Shown in pieces: positions 1 through 7,021 of a stretch of DNA of 13,402 bases. The translations under genes and the position numbers were made by a program. How positions within the stretch are numbered: position 1 is the stretch's first letter; each line of letters begins with the position of its first letter. The stretch covers positions 5,877-19,278 of the forward strand of contig JBHLLT010000042.1 of the NCBI GenBank assembly GCA_048938855.1. Direction: 5' to 3'. The notes beneath the pieces are model-generated. The model saw only the letters and a program-made list of their open reading frames with translations. It had not been told where the DNA came from and made no database searches. This DNA is from Promethearchaeota archaeon. Lineage in GTDB: Archaea; Asgardarchaeota; Lokiarchaeia; Sigyniarchaeales; SOKP01.

Positions 1-154
1 TGGCTCTGGTTCAGGCTCATATACCGGTTCAGGTTCATATACCGGTTCAGATTCAGGCTCATATAGTGTTTCTGGGATAGGTTCATATACTGGCTCTGGT
101 TCAGACTCATATAGTGTTTCTGGGATAGGTTCATATACTGGCTCTGGTTCAGGT
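1..154 (-). repeat. Coding tandem repeats: 48-nt (16-aa) units at 43-90 and 91-138, 18-nt (VYEPEP) units at 7-24 and 25-42
   Basis: ctcatatagtgtttctgggataggttcatatactggctctggttcag occurs twice 48 nt apart; ggttcaggYtcatatac occurs at an 18-nt period. Confidence 0.9.
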
Positions 155-714
155 TTGTATACTTGTTCTGACTCATATATTGGTTGAGTTTTGGGTTCCG
201 GTTCAAATTTAGGTACTAATGATGCTACATATAACGGTTCTGGTTCGATTTCTTTTAATTGACCTTTTGCGTTTAAATCTAGTTTTCTTTTTATCTCCTT
301 TTCATTTATTTCTTCATCAGCAATTTGAATAACATGAAAGGGATTATTCTCTGGATTTATCATTTCGGATCCAATTAAAATTGTTTTTGGTTTTGCTTTT
401 TTTTTATCTATTCTCAATTCTATTGTGAAATTTCCAGTTGTAAAAAAATCTATTCCGTTTAATTTATCTTCCTCCAAAGAATTCCAATGAATTAAATTTT
501 CTCCCATATCATATATTTTAAGTTCAGTTTTAGGATCAACAATTCTAGTGATTTTCAGTTTATCCTGATGCAAAATTTTTCCTTGAAAGTTATGCGATTT
601 TCCTTTTTTAGTCGCCCATCTCAAATGAAAACCATCTGATTGCTTCCATAAATAATATCCTAAAAGTTGTTCTGATTCAAATTTTGGACGACCCTTAATG
701 TCCCATATATTCAT
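1..714 (-). CDS. Hypothetical protein (3'-truncated by the window edge): N-terminal beta-rich domain followed by Pro/Glu/Tyr-rich repeats
   Basis: Manual translation from ATG at 714 is open for 238 codons to the window edge: MNIWDIKGRPKFESEQLLGYYLWKQSDGFHLRWATKKGKSHNFQGKI...NGIDFFTTGNFTIELRIDKKK...NPENNPF...EPEPVYEPIPETLYESEPEPVYEPIPETLYEPESEPVYEPEPVYEPEPEP. It is absent from the ORF track because no stop codon lies in the window. Confidence 0.85.
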   Translation of the reverse strand, partial: MNIWDIKGRPKFESEQLLGYYLWKQSDGFHLRWATKKGKSHNFQGKILHQDKLKITRIVDPKTELKIYDMGENLIHWNSLEEDKLNGIDFFTTGNFTIELRIDKKKAKPKTILIGSEMINPENNPFHVIQIADEEINEKEIKRKLDLNAKGQLKEIEPEPLYVASLVPKFEPEPKTQPIYESEQVYKPEPEPVYEPIPETLYESEPEPVYEPIPETLYEPESEPVYEPEPVYEPEPEP

Positions 715-987
715 ACTTTTTACAAAATTGTTTTATTTAATTTTTATAAATTAATGACACAACTTGTTATTAAATATTATTATATAAACCTTTATTTTAA
801 AACTAAAGGCTCGAAAATTGGCAAATAATACAGAATGTAAATTATTTAAAATTTTAAAAAAAAAGATTTGTTATCTTTATATAATCGTTTACCAAATAAT
901 CCTTATTCAAAATTTTTATAAATTTAATTAATGAATTTTAAGTAATAATCCTAAAAGATTAATAGAAATACCCTAAAGAATAATCTT

Positions 988-1371
988 CTAAAGATTCATT
1001 AAAATTTTATCCACTTTTTCTTGAATATCTAACTTAGCTGTTGAAGGATCTTTTAAAACATGTTTAGTTTCAATAAAAATGTTGGTGCTTAACCTTCTCA
1101 TTAATTTAATGTCTTTCTCTCCTTCAACTACAAAAACAAAATATATTGATTTTTCGTCACCGAATAATTCCTTTGTAATGATAACAACCTCGTATTTTTC
1201 ACCATAAGAAATGGTTGCAATATCCTCTTTAAATAATTGTTTTCCTATTGCTCCTATAGCTGATAAAAGGCCACTAAAAATAGTAGGATCTATTTCACCC
1301 ATATCTTTATCTAATGCCTTAGAATAGAAAGGATATCCTTGAGAATCACAGATTAATACTGATTTTATCAT
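988..1371 (-). CDS. Stand-alone longin-like domain protein (Asgard eukaryotic-signature type)
   Basis: 127 aa with a beta-beta-alpha-beta-beta-beta-alpha pattern: 'MIKSVLICDSQGYPFYSK', helix 'DPTIFSGLLSAIGAIGKQLF', strands 'IATISYG-EVVII-IYFVFVVE' and a C-terminal helix. This is typical of longin/profilin-like folds. Confidence 0.7.
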   Translation of the reverse strand: MIKSVLICDSQGYPFYSKALDKDMGEIDPTIFSGLLSAIGAIGKQLFKEDIATISYGEKYEVVIITKELFGDEKSIYFVFVVEGEKDIKLMRRLSTNIFIETKHVLKDPSTAKLDIQEKVDKILMNL

Positions 1372-1549
1372 AATTATTTAAAACCCTTAATTTTTGTATT
1401 TATTCTAATATATAAATTAACGAATACCCATTTTTAACTTTCAACTTATGACTTATTTACGTTGCTGTTGAAAGAAGATTTAAAAAGATTATTAGTGTTT
1501 GGATTATATCAATTCTTATAACAAATTACAATATGTATGAACGTTTGGT

Positions 1550-2431
1550 ATGTTAGAGAATTCCAAAATAATTGTAGATATTGAAAATTGCACTAAATGT
1601 AAAGCTTGTGCTAATGAGTGTAGTTTTTTCATTTTTGATTCAGGTACTATAAATTTTGCTGATACAACGGAAGAAGAGTGTATTGATTGCGGAAAATGTG
1701 TTGCTGTTTGTCCCGAAAACATTATAAAGCTCAAAATCCATAAAGAAGAAAAACTCAAGGATGTTCCCTCAAAAGATGAACTGCCATCGTTTAATTCTCT
1801 TACTAATCTTTTCCAAACAAGACGATCTCGTAGACAATTTAAAAAAACCCCCGTTCCTAATGAATTAATTGAAAATATTCTAAATCAAGCAGTTAAGTAC
1901 TCTCCTACTGGACATAATCAAGAAAATGTACATTTTATTGTTGTTCAAAATCAAGAGGTCCTAAAAAGATTGTCTGAAGAATGTACAAATCAAGTTAAAA
2001 ATCTGATAAAGACGTTTGAAGATCCTCAGGCACGAAAAACCCTGACAGCTGCGTTTACTCCAGCATTGATAAAAAAAGTGGAAGAGGTTCTACCAGCATT
2101 TAAAAATGCTCTAAAAGAAATAAAAAAAGGGAGAGAAGTTTGGCGAAGGGATGCTGAAATTATCATTATTCATTCACCTAAAGATGCTTTAACAGGAATG
2201 GAGAATTGCGCATTAGCAGCTTGTCATATAATGTTGGCTGCAGAAACATTAGGATTAGGGACTTGTTCTTTAGGTTATATTACTAATTTTTTTAATGAAT
2301 TCAAACCAGTTGCAAAAATTGTGAAACTACCATTAAAACATTTTGTGGGATATACTCTAGCAATAGGATATCCAAAAGCTCAATATTATCGAATACCGGC
2401 TCGAAAACCTATTAAAGTAAAATGGATGTAA
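1550..2431 (+). CDS. Nitroreductase family protein with N-terminal 2[4Fe-4S] ferredoxin domain
   Basis: CTKCKACANEC and CIDCGKCVAVCP motifs; FMN-binding RRSRRQF, SPTGHNQ and LAAETLGLGTC...GYP motifs. Confidence 0.93.
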   Translation: MLENSKIIVDIENCTKCKACANECSFFIFDSGTINFADTTEEECIDCGKCVAVCPENIIKLKIHKEEKLKDVPSKDELPSFNSLTNLFQTRRSRRQFKKTPVPNELIENILNQAVKYSPTGHNQENVHFIVVQNQEVLKRLSEECTNQVKNLIKTFEDPQARKTLTAAFTPALIKKVEEVLPAFKNALKEIKKGREVWRRDAEIIIIHSPKDALTGMENCALAACHIMLAAETLGLGTCSLGYITNFFNEFKPVAKIVKLPLKHFVGYTLAIGYPKAQYYRIPARKPIKVKWM

Positions 2432-2561
2432 GTAAATATCTTAAATAAATAGTAGGAAATTATGGAAATTAGTAATAATTGGGAAAATTTAGATTGGACA
2501 TCACAATCTCATTATCTTATTGAAAATTTAGATAAATTTCCAAAAAATAAAAAAGAGAAAA

Positions 2562-2930
2562 TTATTTTGCATTACGATCTTGTTGCATTACTCCAGTTAC
2601 AATACCTTCAGTGTCCTTAAAATAAGCTAACCAACCGATACCAGGTACCGCATGTTTTGGATTAATAATTTCTCCTCCATTGTCTTCGATTTTCTTGATT
2701 ATTTCATCAACGTCTTTCACATCGATAGTATTCACTACGCCTGGAAATCCTTCTTCTTCAAAACCAAGTCCTCCATCAATACCTGGTTCACTCTCATCGC
2801 CAGTCATAATAAACCAGTAATCTATTGGACCATCCCATTTCTCTATTTTCCAGCCAAATACATTTTCATAAAATTGTATAGTTTTTTCCACATCTTTTAC
2901 ATTTAATTCAAAATGTACAATTCTGGGCAT
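2562..2930 (-). CDS. VOC / glyoxalase-bleomycin resistance family protein
   Basis: RIVHFEL...FYENVFGW...GIDGG...GGEII.PK.AVPGIGWLAYFKDTEG. Start moved from 2954 to ATG 2930 because SD GGAGGTG lies just upstream (2937-2943). Confidence 0.92.
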   Translation of the reverse strand: MPRIVHFELNVKDVEKTIQFYENVFGWKIEKWDGPIDYWFIMTGDESEPGIDGGLGFEEEGFPGVVNTIDVKDVDEIIKKIEDNGGEIINPKHAVPGIGWLAYFKDTEGIVTGVMQQDRNAK

Positions 2931-3024
2931 TTTGGACACCTCCATTAATATCAATTAATGAAGCTTAGTTATAATTTAAATTTTTTTTTTTTAAATTAAA
3001 TCAAAAACCTATGAGATTAAGCTT

Positions 3025-3246
3025 TCAGATAAGGCGTTCTGAGACAACAACAATCTCTGTTAATGGAATATAATAACGACATTCAGAAAAATCTGTTTCC
3101 TCTCGTATTTCAACATTATCATCAGTAATATGTTCTAATAGCCCTGAAAACCAACTTCTTTCAGCTACATCTTTCACATAAACAGAGATTTTTTTATTCT
3201 TCAACTTTTCAAGAATTTCTTTTAGAATTATGATTACCTCCTTCAA
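3025..3246 (-). CDS. Small hypothetical protein, probable Sm/LSm-like beta-barrel
   Basis: Helix (LKEILEKLKNK), ISVYV, FSGLLEHITDDNVEI and YYIPLTEIVVV follow the Sm1/Sm2-like pattern. The start is uncertain: TTG 3246 overlaps SD AAGGAGGT, so ATA 3231 or ATT 3228 are alternatives. Confidence 0.6.
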   Translation of the reverse strand: MKEVIIILKEILEKLKNKKISVYVKDVAERSWFSGLLEHITDDNVEIREETDFSECRYYIPLTEIVVVSERLI

Positions 3247-3497
3247 GATATTAATTCAAATTATTGAGCTTATTTTCATTAAATCTTATTCATTCCTACT
3301 TAATTAATTTCTACTTCTTGGAAATTGATCTACTATTCATTAATATTCAATGATGTGCTAATAATACCTTTTTTCAAAAATAATAATCATTTTGCTCATA
3401 GATAAATAACTCCACGATATATATCCTTTTCTCATAAAAAATGATGAAGAAGTAAAGGAAATTGAACTTGAGAAACATTCAGAATAAGAAAGGAAAA

Positions 3498-3558
3498 AAG
3501 CCAAAAAGGGAATATCTCTATCTAATATTAGAATACAGTAATATTCCTTTTTTTGCTT
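3498..3558. other. Long imperfect inverted repeat / hairpin
   Basis: aagccaaaaagggaatat (3498-3515) pairs with atattcctttttttgctt (3541-3558) at 16/18 positions; inner perfect palindrome tctaatattaga (3521-3532). Confidence 0.6.
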
Positions 3559-3600
3559 AACTATAATATATGTTTACGTTAAAATTCTGGATAATAAGTT

Positions 3601-3615
3601 AAAAAAAAAAAAAAA
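3601..3615 (-). terminator. Oligo-T (T15) archaeal-type intrinsic terminator for the Lys-rich microprotein gene
   Basis: Run of 15 A on the + strand (T15 on -), about 40 nt downstream of the stop at 3654. Confidence 0.55.
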
Positions 3616-3641
3616 GTATGATTTGGTGTAAGTTTTCTTTA

Positions 3642-3749
3642 TTTTTTAGCAGGTTATTTTTTTTTAGGAGCTGCTTTTTTAGCAGGCGCTTTTTTTTTTG
3701 GACCTGCTTTTTTAGCAGGTGCTTTTTTTTTAGGAGCTGCTTTTTTAGC
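3642..3749 (-). repeat. 33-nt tandem repeat, about 3.3 copies (AKKAAPKKKAP unit)
   Basis: Units at 3749-3717, 3716-3684, 3683-3651 and partial 3650-3642; consensus GCTAAAAAAGCAGCTCCTAAAAAAAAAGCACCT. Confidence 0.92.
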
Positions 3750-3752
3750 CAT
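3654..3752 (-). CDS. 32-aa Lys/Ala/Pro-rich microprotein resembling the histone H1 tail (MAKKAAPKKKAPAKKAGPKKKAPAKKAAPKKK)
   Basis: ATG 3752 preceded by SD AAGGAG (3770-3765). All A-runs keep frame. Repeat variants include synonymous changes (GCA/GCG, CCT/CCA) and one Ala>Gly. TAA at 3656-3654, T15 downstream. Confidence 0.8.
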   Translation of the reverse strand: MAKKAAPKKKAPAKKAGPKKKAPAKKAAPKKK

Positions 3753-3764
3753 TTTGTTTTACGT

Positions 3765-3839
3765 CTCCTTTAATTTTTTTAACTTTTTATTATAATTAGA
3801 TACTTGATAATAAGTTTTTATTTTATTTTTAAATGTTTC
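3765..3839 (-). promoter_or_regulatory. SD (AAGGAG) and candidate BRE/TATA (GAAACATTTAAAAA) for the microprotein gene
   Basis: ctcctt at 3765-3770; tttttaaatgtttc at 3826-3839. The TATA call is tentative in AT-rich DNA. Confidence 0.4.
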
Positions 3840-4041
3840 TCTTTTAAACTATTCGTAACATAATAATTTTGTAATTTCGCGTTATCACATAAATCAAAAA
3901 TAACTTCTCCTTTATTTCCTCCAACCATCTTAATAATCGAATCTAAATGTCAATCCATCAAGTACATTTTCAAAAAAATAATCTTTGTTATTTTTTCTAT
4001 GAGATTTACTAAAATGAGAGTAAAATAAAATAAATTATATT

Positions 4042-4290
4042 TTAAAGATTCAAAAGAACATTTGATTTATCTACTTTTTTAATTCTTACTACTATTTTTA
4101 GGGTGTCATTTTGGCTATCTCTGGAGACATACCTCCGTTTCAATATCAGGAAGAAAAAAGAAAAATCACACTACGACACATTAGTGTTCATATCTTCTGA
4201 TCCTATTGTTGCATAAATTCTTGGTTCTGTACTAGGCTACTTAATTTCATCAAAAATAGGAATAAGAAATTCATTAATATTATCCAACAT
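4042..4290 (-). pseudogene. Possible decayed or amber-interrupted small gene
   Basis: GGGAGTG-CTA-ATG (4290) opens an 82-codon frame interrupted by TAG at 4239-4237 and 4173-4171 and ending at TAA 4044-4042. No family recognised. Confidence 0.25.
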
Positions 4291-4378
4291 TAGCACTCCC
4301 TTTTATATTTGCTCAAATGATATTTTTTGCTCCTTGGATTTTTCTAGTGAAATTCATCGAGATTAAGCTTTACCAATT

Positions 4379-5623
4379 TTATTTTATTTTCTCCCTTAAT
4401 TCCCTTTGTTTTTGTCGTATAATTTGTTTGTCTTTTTTTATACTGTAAATATAAGCATTTTTACTCATAACGCAAGAATCATTTTGGGTTAACTTTTTAA
4501 TTAATTCTATTCTTAATTTTAATGCTTCAATGTTCTCAGGTTCTGATTGAATAATTATATCTAATAATTCAAGTGCTAGTTGATATTGCTTCTTTTCAAA
4601 TAAATTCTTAATTCTAGAGAATATTTTTTCTTTATCTCCAATAAGATCATAAATCTCTCTCATAATCTCCTTTTCTGGTCTAGGTATCAGATGTGCTGGA
4701 TTATGATCATAATAACCATGATACCATCTATATACATTATATACAAAAAATTCTGGTCGAGAATAGACTTGTTTTAGAAATGGACTATTAATTAAATGAT
4801 CTGGAACTTTTACCGTGTGAATCATCTCTGTAATATGCATTCCTTCATTGATTAATTTTACCACTTGATCATGTAATGAACGTATGACTTTGATATTATC
4901 ATTTAAAACTTGTTTTGTGTCTTCTCCCTTAAATAAATATCCACCACCACTACAGAAAATGTTTTCTGGCTCTAACATACTTATTCTCTCTAATTCTTTA
5001 GCCCATTCTAAAGCAAACCGAGTAGGCTTCCATGGGTTTCCAACATTTGGAAACCAACGACCCATTATAAAATCACCAATACACACGGTCTTAAGCTCAG
5101 GAATGTACACCCAGACAGCATCATCAGTTTCACCACGACCAGTGTGAAGTTCAAACGTATATCTCCCAAGCCTAAATGTGTAATCTCCTAGAAAAGTTTT
5201 TGTTGGATACACATAATTCTTAACACCTTCCCCAAAAGCAGATGGTGGGACATTAAATTGCATAGCAGAAATTAAATTCCTATATGGTTCAAGCATTTTG
5301 TACCTATCAAATCTTTCTGGTAAAAATTTACTTGCGATTATCTCTGGATTATTCGCCGTGAAGACTTTTGCTCCACCTACATGATCAGCATGACCATGAG
5401 TATATATTATGACTTTGATCTTTTCATTAATCTTATTTAATACTTTCATTGCGGAAGGAATATTAATTAATGTATCTATTACTACAGCCCCTTCACCAGT
5501 TTCAACCCAAACCATTCCAGAAATTAAAGTTGACGCATAGTATACTCCATCTATATGCTTTTTTATAATCGGGTTCATTCCATCAGTTATTATATTTAAA
5601 GATTTTATCTCTCTTTCCGACAT
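4379..5623 (-). CDS. MBL-fold metallo-hydrolase, alkyl/aryl-sulfatase (BDS1/SdsA-like) with dimerisation domain
   Basis: THGHADHVGG metal motif, GETDD, GDF...FPNVGNP, and C-terminal YRWYHGYYDHNPAHL, characteristic of alkyl sulfatase-like MBLs. Confidence 0.88.
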   Translation of the reverse strand: MSEREIKSLNIITDGMNPIIKKHIDGVYYASTLISGMVWVETGEGAVVIDTLINIPSAMKVLNKINEKIKVIIYTHGHADHVGGAKVFTANNPEIIASKFLPERFDRYKMLEPYRNLISAMQFNVPPSAFGEGVKNYVYPTKTFLGDYTFRLGRYTFELHTGRGETDDAVWVYIPELKTVCIGDFIMGRWFPNVGNPWKPTRFALEWAKELERISMLEPENIFCSGGGYLFKGEDTKQVLNDNIKVIRSLHDQVVKLINEGMHITEMIHTVKVPDHLINSPFLKQVYSRPEFFVYNVYRWYHGYYDHNPAHLIPRPEKEIMREIYDLIGDKEKIFSRIKNLFEKKQYQLALELLDIIIQSEPENIEALKLRIELIKKLTQNDSCVMSKNAYIYSIKKDKQIIRQKQRELREKIK

Positions 5624-5653
5624 TTTTATATCTTTTTTAACTTTCTTTAACGT

Positions 5654-6127
5654 TTAAGACTTTAATATGACTAAATTCCTTGCTTTTTCTGGATTTCTCA
5701 TTTTAAGAAGTGGTATTCCTACTCCATAAGTAGATATTCTCTTAAATGGTGTTATTTTAATCCAGACATTTTCTTCTTGAGAGTCTACATTTTCCTGATA
5801 TTTCAAGTATTTTGAAAAAATAGTTCTAGCTTCTTCATTGTCGAATGATTTAATTTCTGCTTTTGCTGTAAAATGTAATTCAGCAGGTGGTGCGGGTATA
5901 ATCTTGTGGAGAAAATTTTTTCTGAATGGTAAAGTTACAGACACTTTATTATTACTTCTGATATTTCTTGCCTTTAATGTGTCTTTACCCGTCATGCAAT
6001 ATATAACATAACCATCACTCTGGTAAAGTACGACAGAACTGTGAGGTACATTATTATTCGAAGTACCCAAGACTAACCAATTCTTTTTTCTTAATATTTT
6101 CCTAACTTCATTTTCCAAATCTTTCAT
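5654..6127 (-). CDS. Pyridoxamine 5'-phosphate oxidase-like flavin-binding split-barrel protein
   Basis: VLGTS-NNVPHSSVVLY...YCMT..DTLKARNIRSNNKVSV and terminal WIKITP pattern. Confidence 0.85.
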   Translation of the reverse strand: MKDLENEVRKILRKKNWLVLGTSNNNVPHSSVVLYQSDGYVIYCMTGKDTLKARNIRSNNKVSVTLPFRKNFLHKIIPAPPAELHFTAKAEIKSFDNEEARTIFSKYLKYQENVDSQEENVWIKITPFKRISTYGVGIPLLKMRNPEKARNLVILKS

Positions 6128-6226
6128 GTTATTTAATTATTAAATTTTTACTGTAAAATAGTTTTATAAAATTAGATAAATAAGTATTGTTCAATCAATA
6201 ACCTCTACAGATTTAATCTTCTTTCA

Positions 6227-6967
6227 CTAAAATTTATTTCCGATTACACCTACATATATTGCTGTCTCATGGATTCCATCTATCTCTAGTAATTCATTTA
6301 TCTCGTCATCATATATTGCTCCAATTGTACATGCCCCTAAACCTAATGCTTCAGCAATTAAATAAAAGTTTTGACCAATATGTCCTGCATCTATATAGAT
6401 ATAACGATAACATCTTTGGAGATATTTCCACTTGGATCTTTCTATAATCGCCGTCCATACAAAATTAACTGCTGAATTAAAAGCCATTTGTTGATCTAAA
6501 CACGCCTTAGTAATGTTTATACGAAAATCACCTTCTTTTAATAATTCAAAGGAATGTTGTGAAATATTATAATGATAAATCCCTTGTTCCAGATTATTAA
6601 CTTTATTTATTACTGCATACACTTCTATTGGATATAGACCCCCCGCGGATGGCACTGTTCTAAAAGCATATTGGGGAAAAATACGAGTCAGTCCATTCAT
6701 TCCAAATAAAAATAGACTTAATTGTGAAAGCGTTATTGGCTCATCTTTAAACTTCCGAGTAGATTTCCTATTCAAAATTACATTCCAAAATCGTATATCC
6801 TTATTAAACTCAGGATCAGGCAATTTTACTACTTTTAAAGCATTTGGATATGTTTTAAAAGTTTTAGGTTTTTTTAACCAGTTTAGTTGATGGCGTGGTA
6901 AACTTCCTCTAATATATTTAGACATTTGTTGAAAATTGTCTCCATAAGTCCCAAAATGATTATTCAT
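6227..6967 (-). CDS. SagB/ThcOx family FMN-dependent dehydrogenase (nitroreductase fold)
   Basis: RKSTRKF, RTVPSAGGLYPIEVY, GIYHY, KYLQRCYRYIYIDAGHIGQNFYL.AEALGLGAC.IGA motifs. Confidence 0.92.
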   Translation of the reverse strand: MNNHFGTYGDNFQQMSKYIRGSLPRHQLNWLKKPKTFKTYPNALKVVKLPDPEFNKDIRFWNVILNRKSTRKFKDEPITLSQLSLFLFGMNGLTRIFPQYAFRTVPSAGGLYPIEVYAVINKVNNLEQGIYHYNISQHSFELLKEGDFRINITKACLDQQMAFNSAVNFVWTAIIERSKWKYLQRCYRYIYIDAGHIGQNFYLIAEALGLGACTIGAIYDDEINELLEIDGIHETAIYVGVIGNKF

Positions 6968-7021
6968 ATCACAATTTGATTAAGGTATGTTTAAAAAATG
7001 TTTTTTAATAATTTAAAAGTC

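Noticed and set aside
1516-1758. 80-aa minus-strand ORF
   Set aside because: Antisense shadow of the well-supported nitroreductase gene.
2652-2906. 84-aa plus-strand ORF
   Set aside because: Antisense to the VOC gene; Phe/Ile-rich composition typical of a shadow ORF.
3410-3487. Plus-strand fragment LHDIYPFLIKNDEEVKEIELEKHSE*
   Set aside because: Looks like a protein C-terminus but has no start codon or recognisable homology; too short to call.
3642-3749. CRISPR interpretation of the 33-nt repeats (and the 48-nt repeats at 43-138)
   Set aside because: Head-to-tail units with no unique spacers, lengths are multiples of 3 in coding frame, and no cas genes.
3818-3967. Minus-strand frame MYLMD-TGA-HLDSIIKMVGGNKG... 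as a selenoprotein with the 3498-3558 hairpin as SECIS; also the 36-aa ORF 3818-3928
   Set aside because: No redox motif around the TGA, no recognisable family or SD, and the hairpin lacks the AUGA/GA kink-turn core.
4884-5147. 87-aa plus-strand ORF
   Set aside because: Lies entirely antisense within the MBL hydrolase gene.
6259-6447. 62-aa plus-strand ORF
   Set aside because: Antisense within the SagB-type gene.
3654-6967. RiPP (azole peptide) cluster: SagB-type dehydrogenase plus the short peptide as precursor
   Set aside because: The peptide has no Cys/Ser/Thr to cyclise and there is no YcaO/E1-like gene in the window. Stand-alone SagB-like proteins are common in archaea.
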